A stretch of 64,000 nt of DNA from Azolla caroliniana (Eukaryota > Plantae > Polypodiophyta), in assembly GCA_043228905.1 (NCBI GenBank), contig JBHGNT010000003.1, forward strand, positions 7,068,001-7,132,000, written 5' to 3'. Shown piece after piece: positions 41,452-54,026 of this stretch (position 1 is the stretch's first letter; every line of letters starts with the position of its first letter). The position numbers were made by a program, and so were the translations under genes. Below the pieces are notes generated by a model. That model saw only the letters and a program-made list of their open reading frames with translations, did not search any database and was not told the origin of the DNA.

Positions 41452-41667
41452 ACCCAGATGGATGTAGCTCAGTTGGTAAGGTTGCCCAATGGAGACCAGG
41501 TGGTCATGGGTTCAACCCCTACATTCCACAGTGGCATCTAGTGAAATTGAGATGAAGTATATAATAGAGAGGTGAGGAAATTGGGTTTCGAACCCAAGAC
41601 ACAGTGTTTGTAGTGTTATCGACTTACCACTAGGGTAAGCTAATTACGATAATAATAAAAAAGAAGA
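41452..41667 (+). mobile_element. tRNA-derived SINE-like insertion
   Basis: A box TAGCTCAGTTGG, B box GGTTCAACCCC, A-rich tail; 15-bp TSD AGAGAGTAGGACACA at 41437-41451 and 41668-41682. Confidence 0.8.
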
Positions 41668-43298
41668 AGAGAGTAGGACACACTATTTTCCAAAATTATA
41701 TGATATACTCTGTGCTCTGTATCTACAACGCGCTCATCAGCGCTATTTATACAAGTCCACACGGGACTGTTAGAAGTACGGTGTACTTCAATGCTCACAT
41801 GAGCATCTGACACTAACTATGAGACTATAACTGCCTAGTAGTCTAACCTATACTAGGCTTCCGTTTACGGATTGGATCCGGCATACCGGCTCCCCAGCTC
41901 ACCGGTCCTTACTGCTTACCGGCTCGGTTGCTCACCGGCATATCGATTCATCTCGCTTACCGGCTCAGGCTTATTCAGCCGATCCGGCTCCGGTTGAGCT
42001 TGCCGCTCAACACTCCCCCTCAAGCTCAACCTGAGGTAGGGTCGTAGTGTCAACCTCTGTGGCAGCTGGTTCTTCCAATCGACTTGTCCTGGCGTTGCTT
42101 CGCCTTGCTCGCGCTCCTTGTCTGGTCCGGTCCCGTTTGCCACGACCCCTTTGGTTCTGCGCGCCTCGACCTTCGGCATGTCTGCTCAATAGGCCCATCT
42201 CAACTCCTTCGCTGCTATGACTCCGGCGCTTGCCGATCCGTCGGTTCCTCCGCGATGGCATCGACTTCCGCTGCGTCCGTGTCTCCTTGGCCTCTCGTTG
42301 ATCCGACTCATCAGGATCCGTCTGTTGATCCGAATCGGCTGTCTCCGACTCGTTCCAGCTCTTGTCCGAATCGGTATCCTCCGATTCGATTTTCGGCTTC
42401 AGGCCTCTCACCACATCGGACCACGTCCGGGTCTTTGGCCTTCTCCGTGCTTCCCTTGGCTTCTTCAGCCAGTTCACCGAAGTCGAATTCTTCATTCGAC
42501 TCCGCATCATGGCCATTACGATCGTGATGACCTCCGCATAGCATGCACTTCTCTTCCTCCGACCTGTTTGGATGTGCCGACTTCCTTTGTCGACTCAGCT
42601 TCATTTTTCTTCTTTTTTCCACCTCTACCAGTTCTTCTCTTACCTACGGGTTCAACAGTTTTTTTGCCTTTGCCCGTTTCGGTAGTGTCTTTGCTTTGTT
42701 GGGAAACAGGTCCCTCCGGATGGTGCAGGCCCGGTACGAACCGGATGAGGAGTACCCGGCTACGGAGAGCCGGGTGGTGCAGGCCCGGTACGAACCGGAG
42801 GAAGAGACATATTCGTAAATATGTTTCTGAGAGCCCATCGAGGCTATATTTGTAAATAGCCAAAAAGTCATATTAGTATAAATATGACTTAGGGCAAACT
42901 TTTAACTGTTGTTGTTGTTGTTGTTGTTGTTATTCTTCCTTGTTGGTGCAAGAAGAAGAGAGAGTGCGTAACTGTACAGAGAGAGAGAGAGAGACGAGGT
43001 CATTGTCTCTGTTGTAACCGCCTCCTGTGGCAAAGATCTGTGAGCACGAGGTCGTTACCTCAGTGAACTCATTGTTGTATATTCCTACATAGTGACAGTT
43101 TGCAGCCTGTGGGCTGCCGTGGTTTTTCCCCTAGTTTGGGGTTTTCCACGTTAACCTCCTGTGTACCATTTCTCCTCTTTGTGTCGTGTTCTATTTCCCG
43201 TTTTCTGTGTATGAAAAGAATCTCGGTTGTGGCCGAGCTTTGTGCATAAGGAACGTTGGGTTCCCGTCAATTGGTATCAGAGCAAAATCGACACAGAA

Positions 43299-46200
43299 AA
43301 TGGACGAATCATTTGGCGGCATGTTCAAGCTCACCGGCTCCAACTATTCAGTATGGAAGTCGAAGATGAGGGACATGCTCGTTGTTAAAGACCTCTGGCT
43401 GCCGGTTCAGTTCGGGGACAAGAGACCAGACAAAATCGACGCCGCGATATGGGAGGTGATGCACATGAAGACAACGGCGTACATACGGTGCTTCATCGAC
43501 ATGAGCCTGTACAACAACTTCAATGAAGAGAGCAAGGCTCATGAGCTATGGGAGAAGATCGGCATAATGTTTCAAAACAAAAATGCTGTTAATCAGGTTT
43601 CGGTATTCCGGAAGCTAGTAAGACTCCGGTACCAAGATGGCTCCAGCATGGCGGAGCATATGAATGCCTTCCAGGGGCTGATACACCAGGCAACGTCATT
43701 GGAAGTACCTCTTGCCGACGAGGTACTAGCGCTACTCCTGCTCGGTTCCCTCCCGGATAGTTGGGAGACGTTGGTTGTCACTTTGGGCAACGCCGGGCCG
43801 GAAGGAAAACGGTTATCCCTAGCAAGAGTAAAGTCGAGCTTGCTAGATGAGGAGGCGCGTCGGAAAGACAAAGATACAAGCTCCGACTCCAAAGCGCTTC
43901 TTACCGAATCGGAACGCAGAAGACATAGAAACCGTAATCCCCAGAACTGGGAGAAGTCGGGGACACGGTCAAAGTCAAGGGGGAGGCCTACTTGCTTCTA
44001 TTGCGGCAAGCCGGGACACTTCCAAAAGAACTGTCGGCATTTCCGTAAAGACAAGGAAACCGACGGTACCGATTCGAAGCAAACCCCGGACCGGAACGCG
44101 GAAGGGAACGACGGCAATCGCGGCAAGTGAAGAGGAGTTGATGCTCATCACCGAGGAGAGTGAGATAAACCTTGCCGACGACGAGATGACCTGGGTGGTA
44201 GACTCCGGAGCGTCGTTCCACCTTACCCCGGACCGGAAATGCTTCGCATCCTACTCAGCCGGTGACCACGACTGTGTCCGGATGGGGAATGAAGGTACAT
44301 GCCGAATTGTCGGCATAGGAGACGTGTGGCTGACAACACCAACCGGATGCAAGTTGCTGCTGAAGGATGTCTGACACGTTCCGGAAGTTCGTCTAAACCT
44401 GATATCAACCGGTCGGCTAGATGATGAAGGCTACACGGGTAGCATCCGGAACGGTGTCATGAAGTTCAGCAAAGGGAGCCTGATTGTGGCTCGGGCCCGG
44501 AAGGTCAACACACTGTACCTGATGAATGCCCGGTTATGCCCGGAAGAAGTGAACGTGGCATCTGACACTGCCGGTGAGCTGTGGCACAAGAGGTTGTGTC
44601 ATATGAGCGAGAAGGGGATGAAGAGGCTTGTAGACGACAACCTCATTCCAGTGAAGAACGTGCACTTAGAGAAGTGCACTGATTGTCTGGTCGGTAAGCA
44701 GAACCGGACCTCCTTCCGACCAAGGCCACCGATGAGACGTAATGCACCACTGGAGTTGGTGCATACGGATGTGTGTCAGGTAGACACGAAGTCACATGCC
44801 GGAGCGCAGTACTTCGTGACGTTCATAGATGACCACAACCGGAAGTTGTGGGCCACACCGTTGAAGACGAAGGATCAGGTGTTATCCGTCTTCAAAGAGC
44901 TCCACGCGAGAGTGGAAAGAGAAACTGGCCGGAAGTTGAAGGCGGTTCGAGCAGATAACGGAGGAGAGTACCGGGGGCAGTTCGAGGAGTACTGCCGCTC
45001 GAAGGGAATCCGGCTCGAATTTACCGTGCCGAAGACACCGGAACTAAACGGATTGGCCGAGAGGATGAACCAGACCATAATGGAGAGGGTCCGGAGTATG
45101 CTAGCGCATGCAAAACTACCCAAGAAGTTTTGGGCTGAGGCACTGTCGACGGCGACATACGTGATAAATAGATCACCCTCAGTACCCTTGGACGGAGACA
45201 CGCCATAGAGAGTGTGGACCGGTAAGGAAGTATCCTACCGGCATCTGAAGGTGTTCGGGTGTCTCGCGTACGTGCATGTAGCAAAGGATTGGAGAGGAAA
45301 GTTAGATCCAAAGACCCGGCCATGCATATTCCTCGGTTACGGTGACGATGAGTTCGGCTACCGAGTGTGGGACCCGGTCGACAAGAAGGTATTCCGGAGT
45401 TGAGATATTATCTTCATGGAGGACAAGACGCTCGCCGACTGGGAGTCGGAGAAGAAGATAATGAACTCCGAGTCGACCGGTAAGGATAGACTCTACGATG
45501 AGCAGACCCAACCGGCAAGAGACCGGTTAGCACTCGAGGAACCAGCTGGTTACGGTGAGGATACCGAATCGGCAGAAGAAGAAGTAGAGGAAGCTGAGAC
45601 CGGAACCGGCCAAGACTCCGAATCGGATTCGGATGAAGAGCAAATGGAGGAGCCGGTTACCGAAGCCCGAAGACGTAGATATCCTCTCAGAGAGAGAAGG
45701 GCGCCCCGGAGATTTCCGGATGCAGAGCATGTTCTGCTGACCGATGAGGGGGAGCCGGAAAGCTTCGAAGAAGTGAAGGAAGACACCCACAGACAAAAAT
45801 GGTTAAGTGCCATGCAGGACGAGATGGATTCCCTGCATGAGAACCATACATACGAATTAGTGGAGTTGCCGAAAGGAAAGCGGGCACTCCGAAATAAGTG
45901 GGTGTACAAGTTGAAACCGGGAGATGCCGGCAAACCCCCGAGATACAAAGCCAGGATCGTGGTGAAGGGGTTCCAGCAGAAGAAGGGCGTGGACTTCGAC
46001 GAGATATTTGCCCCGGTAGTAAAGATGACCTCCATCCAGACGGTGCTGAGTATAGCAGCAAGCATGGACCTCGAGGTAGAGTAGCTGGACGTGAAGACGA
46101 CATTCCTTCACGGCGACCTCGAAGAGGAGATCTACATGCAGCAACCAGAAGGATTTGTGGAGAAAGGGAAGGAGCACCTGGTATGCCGGTTGAAGAAGAG

Positions 46201-47323
46201 CCTGTACGGACTGAAGCAGGCTCCCCGACAATGGTACCGGAAGTTCGACTCCTTCATGACCGATCAAGGGTACCACAAGACGCAGGCCGATCACTGCGTG
46301 TTTGTGAAGAAGTTCGAAGGAGGGGACTTCCTGATACTCCTCCTGTACGTAGATGACATGTTGATCGTCGGACGTGACCAAGTCAAAATACGGATGCTAA
46401 AGAAGGCTCTCAACCGGACCTTCTCAATGAAAGACTTGGGTCCGGCAAGACAGATGTTGGGGATGCACATCATTCGGGACCGGTCAGTGAAGCAATTATG
46501 GCTGTCACAGGAGAAGTATGTGACAAAGGTGCTTCACCGGTTCAACATGTCAGAAGCGAAACCGGTCGGATCGACACTTCCGGCAAATTGCAGGCTATCC
46601 GGCAAGCAAAGCCCGAAGACGAAAGCAGAGAAGGCGGATATGATGAAGATTCCATATGCCTTTGCCGTCGGGAGCTTGATGTACGCTATGGTGTGTACCC
46701 GACCGGATATAGGATACGCAGTCGGAGTGGTGAGCCGGTTCATGAGTAATCCCGGCAAGGAGCATTGGAACGCGATCAAATGGATACTCTAGTATTTGAA
46801 GGGCACTTCAAATATGTGTCTCCGATTCGGCTCCGGAAAACCTCAACTGGACGGTTTCACCGATTCGGACATGTCGGCTGATGTGGATACCAGCCGGTCT
46901 ACATCCGGGTATGTGATGACATATGTAGGGGGAGCTGTTTCGTGGCAGTCGAGGCTGCAGAAGACGGTTGCATTGTCAACCACAGAGGCGGAGTACATGG
47001 CGGCTGTGGAAGCCGGCAAGGAAATATTATGGATGAAGGACTTCATCGGAGAGCTCGGTATCCGGCAAGAGGAATACCGACTCTACTGCGACAGTCAAAG
47101 TGCCATCCACCTTGCTAAGAATGCGGCCTACCATTCCCGGACGAAGCATATCCAGCGAAGGTATCACTGGATCCGGGAAAGAGTAGATGACCAGGAGTTC
47201 GTACTGACGAAGATCCACATGGCCGAGAACGGGTCAGATATGCTGACCAAAGTGCTGACACCCGACAAGCTGGACGCATGCCGGAAGAAGATCGGGTTGG
47301 TAAGACACCCCATGCCGGAGTGA
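43299..47323 (+). pseudogene. gag-pol polyprotein of Copia E with one frameshift and about five nonsense codons
   Basis: ORF track pieces 43186-44130, 43847-44374, 44459-45208, 45212-45403, 45416-46084, 46091-46792 and 46796-47323 are collinear; the breaks after 44374 are single TGA/TAG codons. Confidence 0.9.
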
Positions 47324-47352
47324 AGGGGGAGTTTGTTGGGAAACAGGTCCCT

Positions 47353-47600
47353 CCGGATGGTGCAGGCCCGGTACGAACCAGATGAGGAGTACCCGGCTAC
47401 GGAGAGCCGGATGGTGCAGGCCCGGTATGAACCGGATGAGGAGTACCCGGCTACGGAGAGCTGGATGGTGCAGGCCCGGTACGAACCGGATGAGGAGCAC
47501 CCGGCTACGGAGAGCCGGATGGTGCAGGCCCGATACGAACCAGATGAGGAGTACCCGGCTACGGAGAGCCGGGTGGTGCAGGCCCGGTACGAACCGGAGG
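47353..47600 (+). repeat. 54-bp tandem repeat in U3 of the Copia E 3' LTR (4 full + 1 partial); 1 full + 1 partial in the 5' LTR (42716-42800)
   Basis: Unit CCGGATGGTGCAGGCCCGGTACGAACCGGATGAGGAGTACCCGGCTACGGAGAG. Confidence 0.95.
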
Positions 47601-50600
47601 AAGAGACATATTCGTAAATATGTTTCTGAGAGCCCATCGAGGCTATATTTATAAATAGCCGAAAAGTCATATTAGTATAAATATGACTTAGGGCAAACTT
47701 TTAACTGTTGTTGTTGTTGTTGTTGTTGTTATTCTTCCTTGTTGGTGCAAGAAGAAGAGAGTGCGTAACTGTACAGAGAGAGAGAGAGAGACGAGGTCGT
47801 TGCCTCTGTTGTAACCGCCGCCTGTGGCGAAGATCTGTGAGCACGAGGTCGTTACCTCAGTGAACTCACTGTTGTATATTCCTACATAGTGATAGTTTGC
47901 AGCCTGTGGGCTGCCGTGGTTTTTCCCCTAGTTTGGGGTTTTCCATGTTAACCTCCTGTGTACCATTTCTCCTCTTTGTGTTGTGTTCTATTTCCCGTTT
48001 TCTGTGTATGAAAAGAATCTCGGTTGTGGCCGAGCTTTGTGCATAAGGAACGTTGGGTTCCCGTCATCTTTGCCCTTGCGTCTCCCCCTCAAGTGCGGCA
48101 CGTCGAGATGCTGAACACCAAGCATTTCGGTAAAGTGCTGCAACTTGTCCGACCCGAGCGGCTTGGTAAAGATGTCGGCAACTTGCCGATCCGTGTGAAC
48201 ATATTGTAGTTCAACTTCATTGCTCAGGACCTGCTCACGCACAAAGTGATAATGCACTTCTATGTGCTTTGTGCGAGCATGGAACACAGGGTTCTTGGCA
48301 AGTTGCATGCTGCTGAGGTTATCGTAGTAGATCAGGATTGGGGTCGGTACCTTGATCTGCAGGTCTTGCAGTAGTCGCCGAAGCCAAATGGCTTTGCAGG
48401 TGGCAACAGTTGCGCCCCGGTATTCAGCCTCAGTGCTGGATAGAGCCATTGTTGGCTGTGTTTTGCTGCTCCACGCAACAACTGCGCTCCCAAGAGAAAA
48501 CATAAAGCCGAAAGTTGAGCGACGATCCGTTGCATCGCTAGCCCAATCGGCATCCGTGTAGGCGACAAGCTCTTCGGTTATACCTTGCCGGTATAAGAGC
48601 CCCCGGTCCTTAGTGCCGCTTACATACCTTAGTATTCGTTGCGCGCACTGAAGGTGCTCCACGGTCGGCTTCTACATGAATTGGCTTACCACTCCGACCG
48701 GATAGCTAATATCGGGTCGGGTGATGGTCAAGTAGATCAAGCTTCCGACTATTTGTCGGAACCGTTTCTCATCGTAGGCTGGTCCGGAGTTGGGATGGAT
48801 GTTCTGATTCCGGTCTAGGGGTGTGGAGACAGGTCGACATTCCGGCATGCCAAACTTGTACAGTATATTCAACACATAATGGCGTTGAGAAAGCAATATG
48901 CCGTTGGGGGTGCGGATCACCTCGATCCCCAAAAAATAATGAAGGTCCCCCAAGTCCTTCATATCGAATGCATCCGACAACTGGGACTTGACGCGGTTGA
49001 TTTCCGGAAGACCTGGGCCGGTGATGACTAAATCATCAACATAGAGTAAGATACATACCAGACCGTTTGAGCCTTGACGGATGAACAGGGAAGAGTCCGA
49101 CTTAGAGGCAACAAACCCCATCTTTCGCAACCGGTGCGTGATCTTAGCATTCCAAGCATGGGGGGCTTGCTTCAAGCCGTACAACGACTTCCTCAGCCGG
49201 CATACCGCCAACTTGTTCACCTCCGACTGAAATCCGGGGGGCTGATTCATAAAGACTTCTTCTTCAAGATCTCCTTGAAGGAAGGCATTCTTCACATCCA
49301 TCTGATGAAGATGTCACCCCCTTGCTGCAGCAACCGCCAGTACCACACGAACCGTCGTCATCTGGGCGTCATCTTCGCTACAGGAGCGAAGGTCTCGTTG
49401 TAGTCGATTCTGTGGGTCTGCGCATATCCCTTCGCCACTAACCGGGCCTTGTACCAGTTAACTGTACCGTCGACATTGTACTTTACCTTGTACACCCACT
49501 TGCATCCGATCGGTTTACAGTGACGGGGAGGGTCAACCAGGTCCCAAGTTCCGTTGGCATCTAGTGCCCGCATTTCTTCCTCCATAGCGGCACGCCAATT
49601 TGCGTCCTTTGCCGCTTCCGCGTAGCTCTCCGGCTCACGCACTTCCGCGACCTTGGTCATGTACGCATAATGATGCGCCATGTACTCATTATACTCGTAC
49701 CGTTTAATAGGATCCTTCTGGCGGGTGGACCGGCGTAACTCACCGTTACCCGGTATGAGACCCTTCTTGGCCGGTTCGGTCTTCGTTCCCGAAGATCTGC
49801 CTATGTCCTTGCCGAAGTCAGATATGCACCGATCCGACTCATCATTGTCGGTCTCGAATTTCGGCATCTTCTGCTTCCCTTTCTCGTTGCGTGTGAACCG
49901 TCTCCTCAGTTCCTTGTGCGGGGAGAGCACGACAGAGTCTCCACTACTCGCCGTCTCATCATCCAACTGGTTGGACTGATCCAGTCTCTCATTCGGTCCG
50001 CTTAACTAGAACGATTCCGGACTCTCATCTTGAGTCCCGACTTCATCTTTCTCTACTTGGGTCGGTTCGGGCTCACTAGCCCCATCCTCCGACATCGGGT
50101 CGGGATCGGAAGTTGGAGTCGGTAAGGAATACCACGATGCCGATTCATCAAACTCGACATCTCGGCTGACTCAGACCTGCTTCGTCTGGGGGTTATAACA
50201 CTTATACCCCTTTTGCTCTTGAGCATAGCCGACTAGGATGCATTTTTCCGATTTTGCATCCAGCTTTCTCCGCTTCTCATCCGACACATGTACATAGGCT
50301 ATGCTGCCGAATATCTGGAGGTGTTTCAAATTCGGCTTGCGCCCGAAATACAGCTCGTGAGCTGACACCTTGTCCCCGATCCGGTTCTGGATGTAAACGA
50401 CCGTTTGGACCGCCTCCGCCTAGTAGAACTTGGGCATGCTCTTTTCCTCCAGCATTGCCCTAGCCGCGTCAATCAGCGACCGATTCTTCCTTTCGGCCAC
50501 ACCGTTCTATTGCGGTGTGTATCTGCAGTTGAATTCTCGCCGAATTCCTTTTTGTTGTAGATAGCTGTTGAATTGGCCGGAAAAGTACTCTTTTCCGCCA

Positions 50601-51707
50601 TCCGACCGTAGGCATTTGATCTTCCTCTCCGATTCCCGTTCCACCATCTTTTGGAGGCTCCGGAAACACTCGAAGACTTCGCTCTTCCGCTCAATGAGGT
50701 AGATCCACGTATTCCGCGTGTAGTCGTCGATGAAGGAGACGAAATATCGACTCCCGCCAATGCTAACATTTTGTGCCGGTCCCCACACATCCGAATGGAT
50801 AAGATCGAGCTTGTTACGGCTTCGATTTCTTTCGGTGGGGAATGGAAGCTGGTGTCTGTACAATTTATGACAGTTCGCCCAAATCATGAGAGGAACAAGC
50901 AAGAGCTTCGTGATCATTCAATACCAAAAGACTGTGATGATTTTGATAATTAGGTTTTTGACTAGGACTGTTGCGAGTGAGGGTTGCAATAGTCCCATTA
51001 TTAAAAGACCCTCATATAGGGCATTACAACATATGAATAAGTCATTTCATGTTTCTGAAAGTGGTGTTATATGTGTGACTAGGATGTATGAATGCAAGAG
51101 GAACTTGAAAAAGAATGTTAATCTGTTTCAGCAGGCATTGAAGGATAATGGAGTACTTGAAATGGAAGAGCAGATTGAAAGTGTTATGGAAGAAATTTCT
51201 TTTGGAAATACTTTAGAAGAGTTAGAAATGTATTTGAAAGAAGATGATGAGAATGTTAGAAAGATACATGTAAACTCAATTGATATGTATTATGAAATTG
51301 ATAAGTATACTTATAAATATGAAGAAGTAGAAGGTTTATGTAACACAAAATATAAAACAATAGATAAAAAGATTAAACCTAATGCAGTACCATTACCTAT
51401 TGGTAGCGAAGAGAAGATAAAGGCAACATCAACCGAGTCTATGCTTCGACCAATAGAGAAGATTGGACATCACTTCACTTCGGATACAATAAATAACTTA
51501 AGAGTCAGAGGGGGTGAATTTCTTCTACAATCGGAGATCACGACTTTCAAAGACATGATCTTTAGGCATGGGAAAGCGTTCGCATTCAAAGCCGAGGAGA
51601 TTGGTTGTGTCGATCCAAAGGTGGTAACGCCAATGGTAATATTTACTATCCCTCATATTCCTTGGAATTTTAAACCTATTGCAGTACCGAGAGCTTGATT
51701 ACCTCAA

Positions 51708-54026
51708 TTGTTGGAGCTATTGAAGGATAAAGTCAAGATGAAGATTTTAGAGCCTTCAAATGCACCATACTCCAACCGATGGTTCACAGTTCCAAAGAAA
51801 GATGGTTCTCTAAGATTCATTCAAGATCTACAACCAGTCAACAAAGTCACAATCCGAAATGCAGGAATCGGCCCGATCGTTGATGAATTTGCGGAAGCTT
51901 TTGCTGGGAGAGCAATTTACTCTATGGGAGACCTATATTCAGGATACGACCAATTTCAACTAGCAATTGATAGTCGCAATATCACAACAATGAAAACACC
52001 AATTGGGTTGGTTCGAATGTGCACTATACCTCAAGGTGGGACAAATTCAGTTGCTCATATGATGAATGCAATGAACAAGGTTCTACAAGAGTACATCCCA
52101 AAGGTAACTATGCCATTTTTAGATGATATTCCTATTAAGGGATGCTTAGAAAGAGAGAAAGATGAGACTATGGTTGGAAATGGTTGCAGAAAGTTTGTGA
52201 TGGATCACATTAATGATTGTGAAAGTAATTTAAATAAGCTTGAGCAGGTACATTTGACACTATCAGGAACAAAGTCAAGCTTTGGGCAGAACAAAGTTCT
52301 GATAGTTGGTCATATGTGTGGTTGGTATGGGAGGAAGCCGTCACCGATCAAAATTAATGCAATACAAAATATGAAGGAGGTTTGTGAATCGGTAACAGAG
52401 GTGAGAAGATTTTTAGGTGCATGTGTGTTTTATCATATTTGGTTACCACACTTTGCACATGTATCAGATCCTCTATATCAACTTTTAAGAAAAGGGAAGA
52501 AGTTTATATGGACTGATGAACATACACAAGTTGTTCAACAGTTGAAAGAAGCATTATTGAAAGCACTAGTTCTTTGTCAACCAGACTACAAAGGTGAAAG
52601 ACCAATTATAGTAACAGTTGATACTAGCCCAATAAGGATCGATTGGGTTATCAACCAAGAAGATGAAGACCAACATCGATATGCTATCAGATTTGGAGCA
52701 AAGATATTAAATGAAAGACAAAGAAACTATGCACAAGTTAAACGAGAATTGGGGGGTTTGCTTACTGCATTAAAAACAGATAGAGATTACTTGATCGGAG
52801 CAGATGTAGTGGTTGAAACAGATTGTCTGCCACTCATCAGAATGATAGCAAGTTGCACCACACCAGATATTGCAATGCTTCAGTGGATTGCATACATTAG
52901 AACCATGAACCCAGAATTACAACATATAAAGGGCAAAGAGAACCCAGTCGCAGATATGTTGTCAAGAGCAAGGTTCATAAATGAAAGGGTGATGCAAGCT
53001 GAAGATAAGAATTGGGCAACTGCAAGCCATCAAGTTGCTCATCAAGTATCTATTATGCCTCATGATGAGTTTAATGTAAGCATAATGTTCAAAGACACCG
53101 AATATGAAGGTCAATGGTTAGAAATAGGAAACTTTTTAAAGACTCAAGAAGCCAACCCATCATGGTCAAAGAAACAATTAAATGAATTTCGACAAAGGGC
53201 ATTCAAGTTTTTTTTACATGAAGGGCATTTATGGAGGCGCCCAAAAAGGCCAACCGAAAATCCTCTTCGAGTCATTTGTAAGGATGATATTAAGAGAAAG
53301 TTAATTACTGAATTCCATGATAGTTTGTGGGCAGGACATAGAGGCATATGGGCGACATTTATGAAGTTAAAAGAAAAGTATTGGTGGCCACATATGTATA
53401 AAGATGTAATGAAATTTGTGGAAACTTGTGAAATATGTCAAAGGTATTCAACTATTCGATATCGAGATGAGCTAAAACCAACATATTCATCATCAATGCA
53501 TTATAAATGGATGGTTGATCTAGTGACAATGCCACTTGGGGAAGGTCAAATGCGATATGTAGTACTAGCAAGAGAAGACCTTACAAACCAAGTAGAAGGA
53601 AGACCACTACGACAAAAAACAACTAGAGTTGTATGTAAATTTTTGTTAGAAGATGTAATATGTCATTATGGGTGTGTTGGTAAAATAATTGCAGATAGAG
53701 GAGAACTTGACTCTGATGAAGCTAGAGACTTCTTCAACCGGATTGGGGTCAAATTATCGCTTACAACTGCGTATAATCCAGAAGCCAATGGAAAGATTGA
53801 AAGAGGACATAGCCCAATAGTTAAGGCGATCGTGAAAAGTTGTAAAGGTAAAATAAGAGATTGGCCACGCATGCTACCGTATGCACTATGGGCAGATCGG
53901 ACAACACATAGTTCGGTAACAGGATATATGCCAGCTGAATTGATACTTGGCCAAAAACCCATCATGCCAATAGAAGGATCAATTTTGTCATGGACATCTA
54001 TTCCATGGAGAGAAGAGTTGAGCTGA
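51708..54026 (+). pseudogene. Gypsy B pol (RT, RNaseH, integrase)
   Basis: PFLDDIPIKG, VRRFLG, NPVADMLSR, H..WAGHRG..CEIC, IIADRGE, AYNPEANGKIERGH; interrupted by TGA codons. Confidence 0.9.

Larger units (their letters stand above)
42697..48066 (+). mobile_element. Full-length Copia element E (Tnt1/Tork-like); youngest LTR element in the nest, coding region inactivated
   Basis: LTRs 42697-43269 and 47334-48066 (TG..CA); PBS TGGTATCAGAGC (tRNA-iMet) 43272-43283; PPT before 47334; gag CFYCGKPGHFQKNC, protease WVVDSGAS, integrase, RT LLYVDDM, RNaseH. Confidence 0.95.
41362..50855 (-). mobile_element. Copia element C (same family as A), 5' half deleted; hosts the SINE and Copia E
   Basis: 3' LTR about 41362-42012 with PPT at 42013-42020; RNaseH 48074-48662 (YTDADWA..HARTKHIEVHYHF), RT 48672-49650 (LLYVDDL), integrase 50171-50855 (IHSDVWGP..LRSDGGKEY). 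Confidence 0.88.

Noticed and set aside
41455-41530. Possible functional tRNA gene
   Set aside because: Acceptor and anticodon stems do not pair convincingly, and it lies inside a TSD-bounded insert
47164-47670. Repeat-protein ORFs such as (MVQARYEPDEEYPATESR)n
   Set aside because: Translation of the 54-bp LTR repeat, which is open in several frames on both strands
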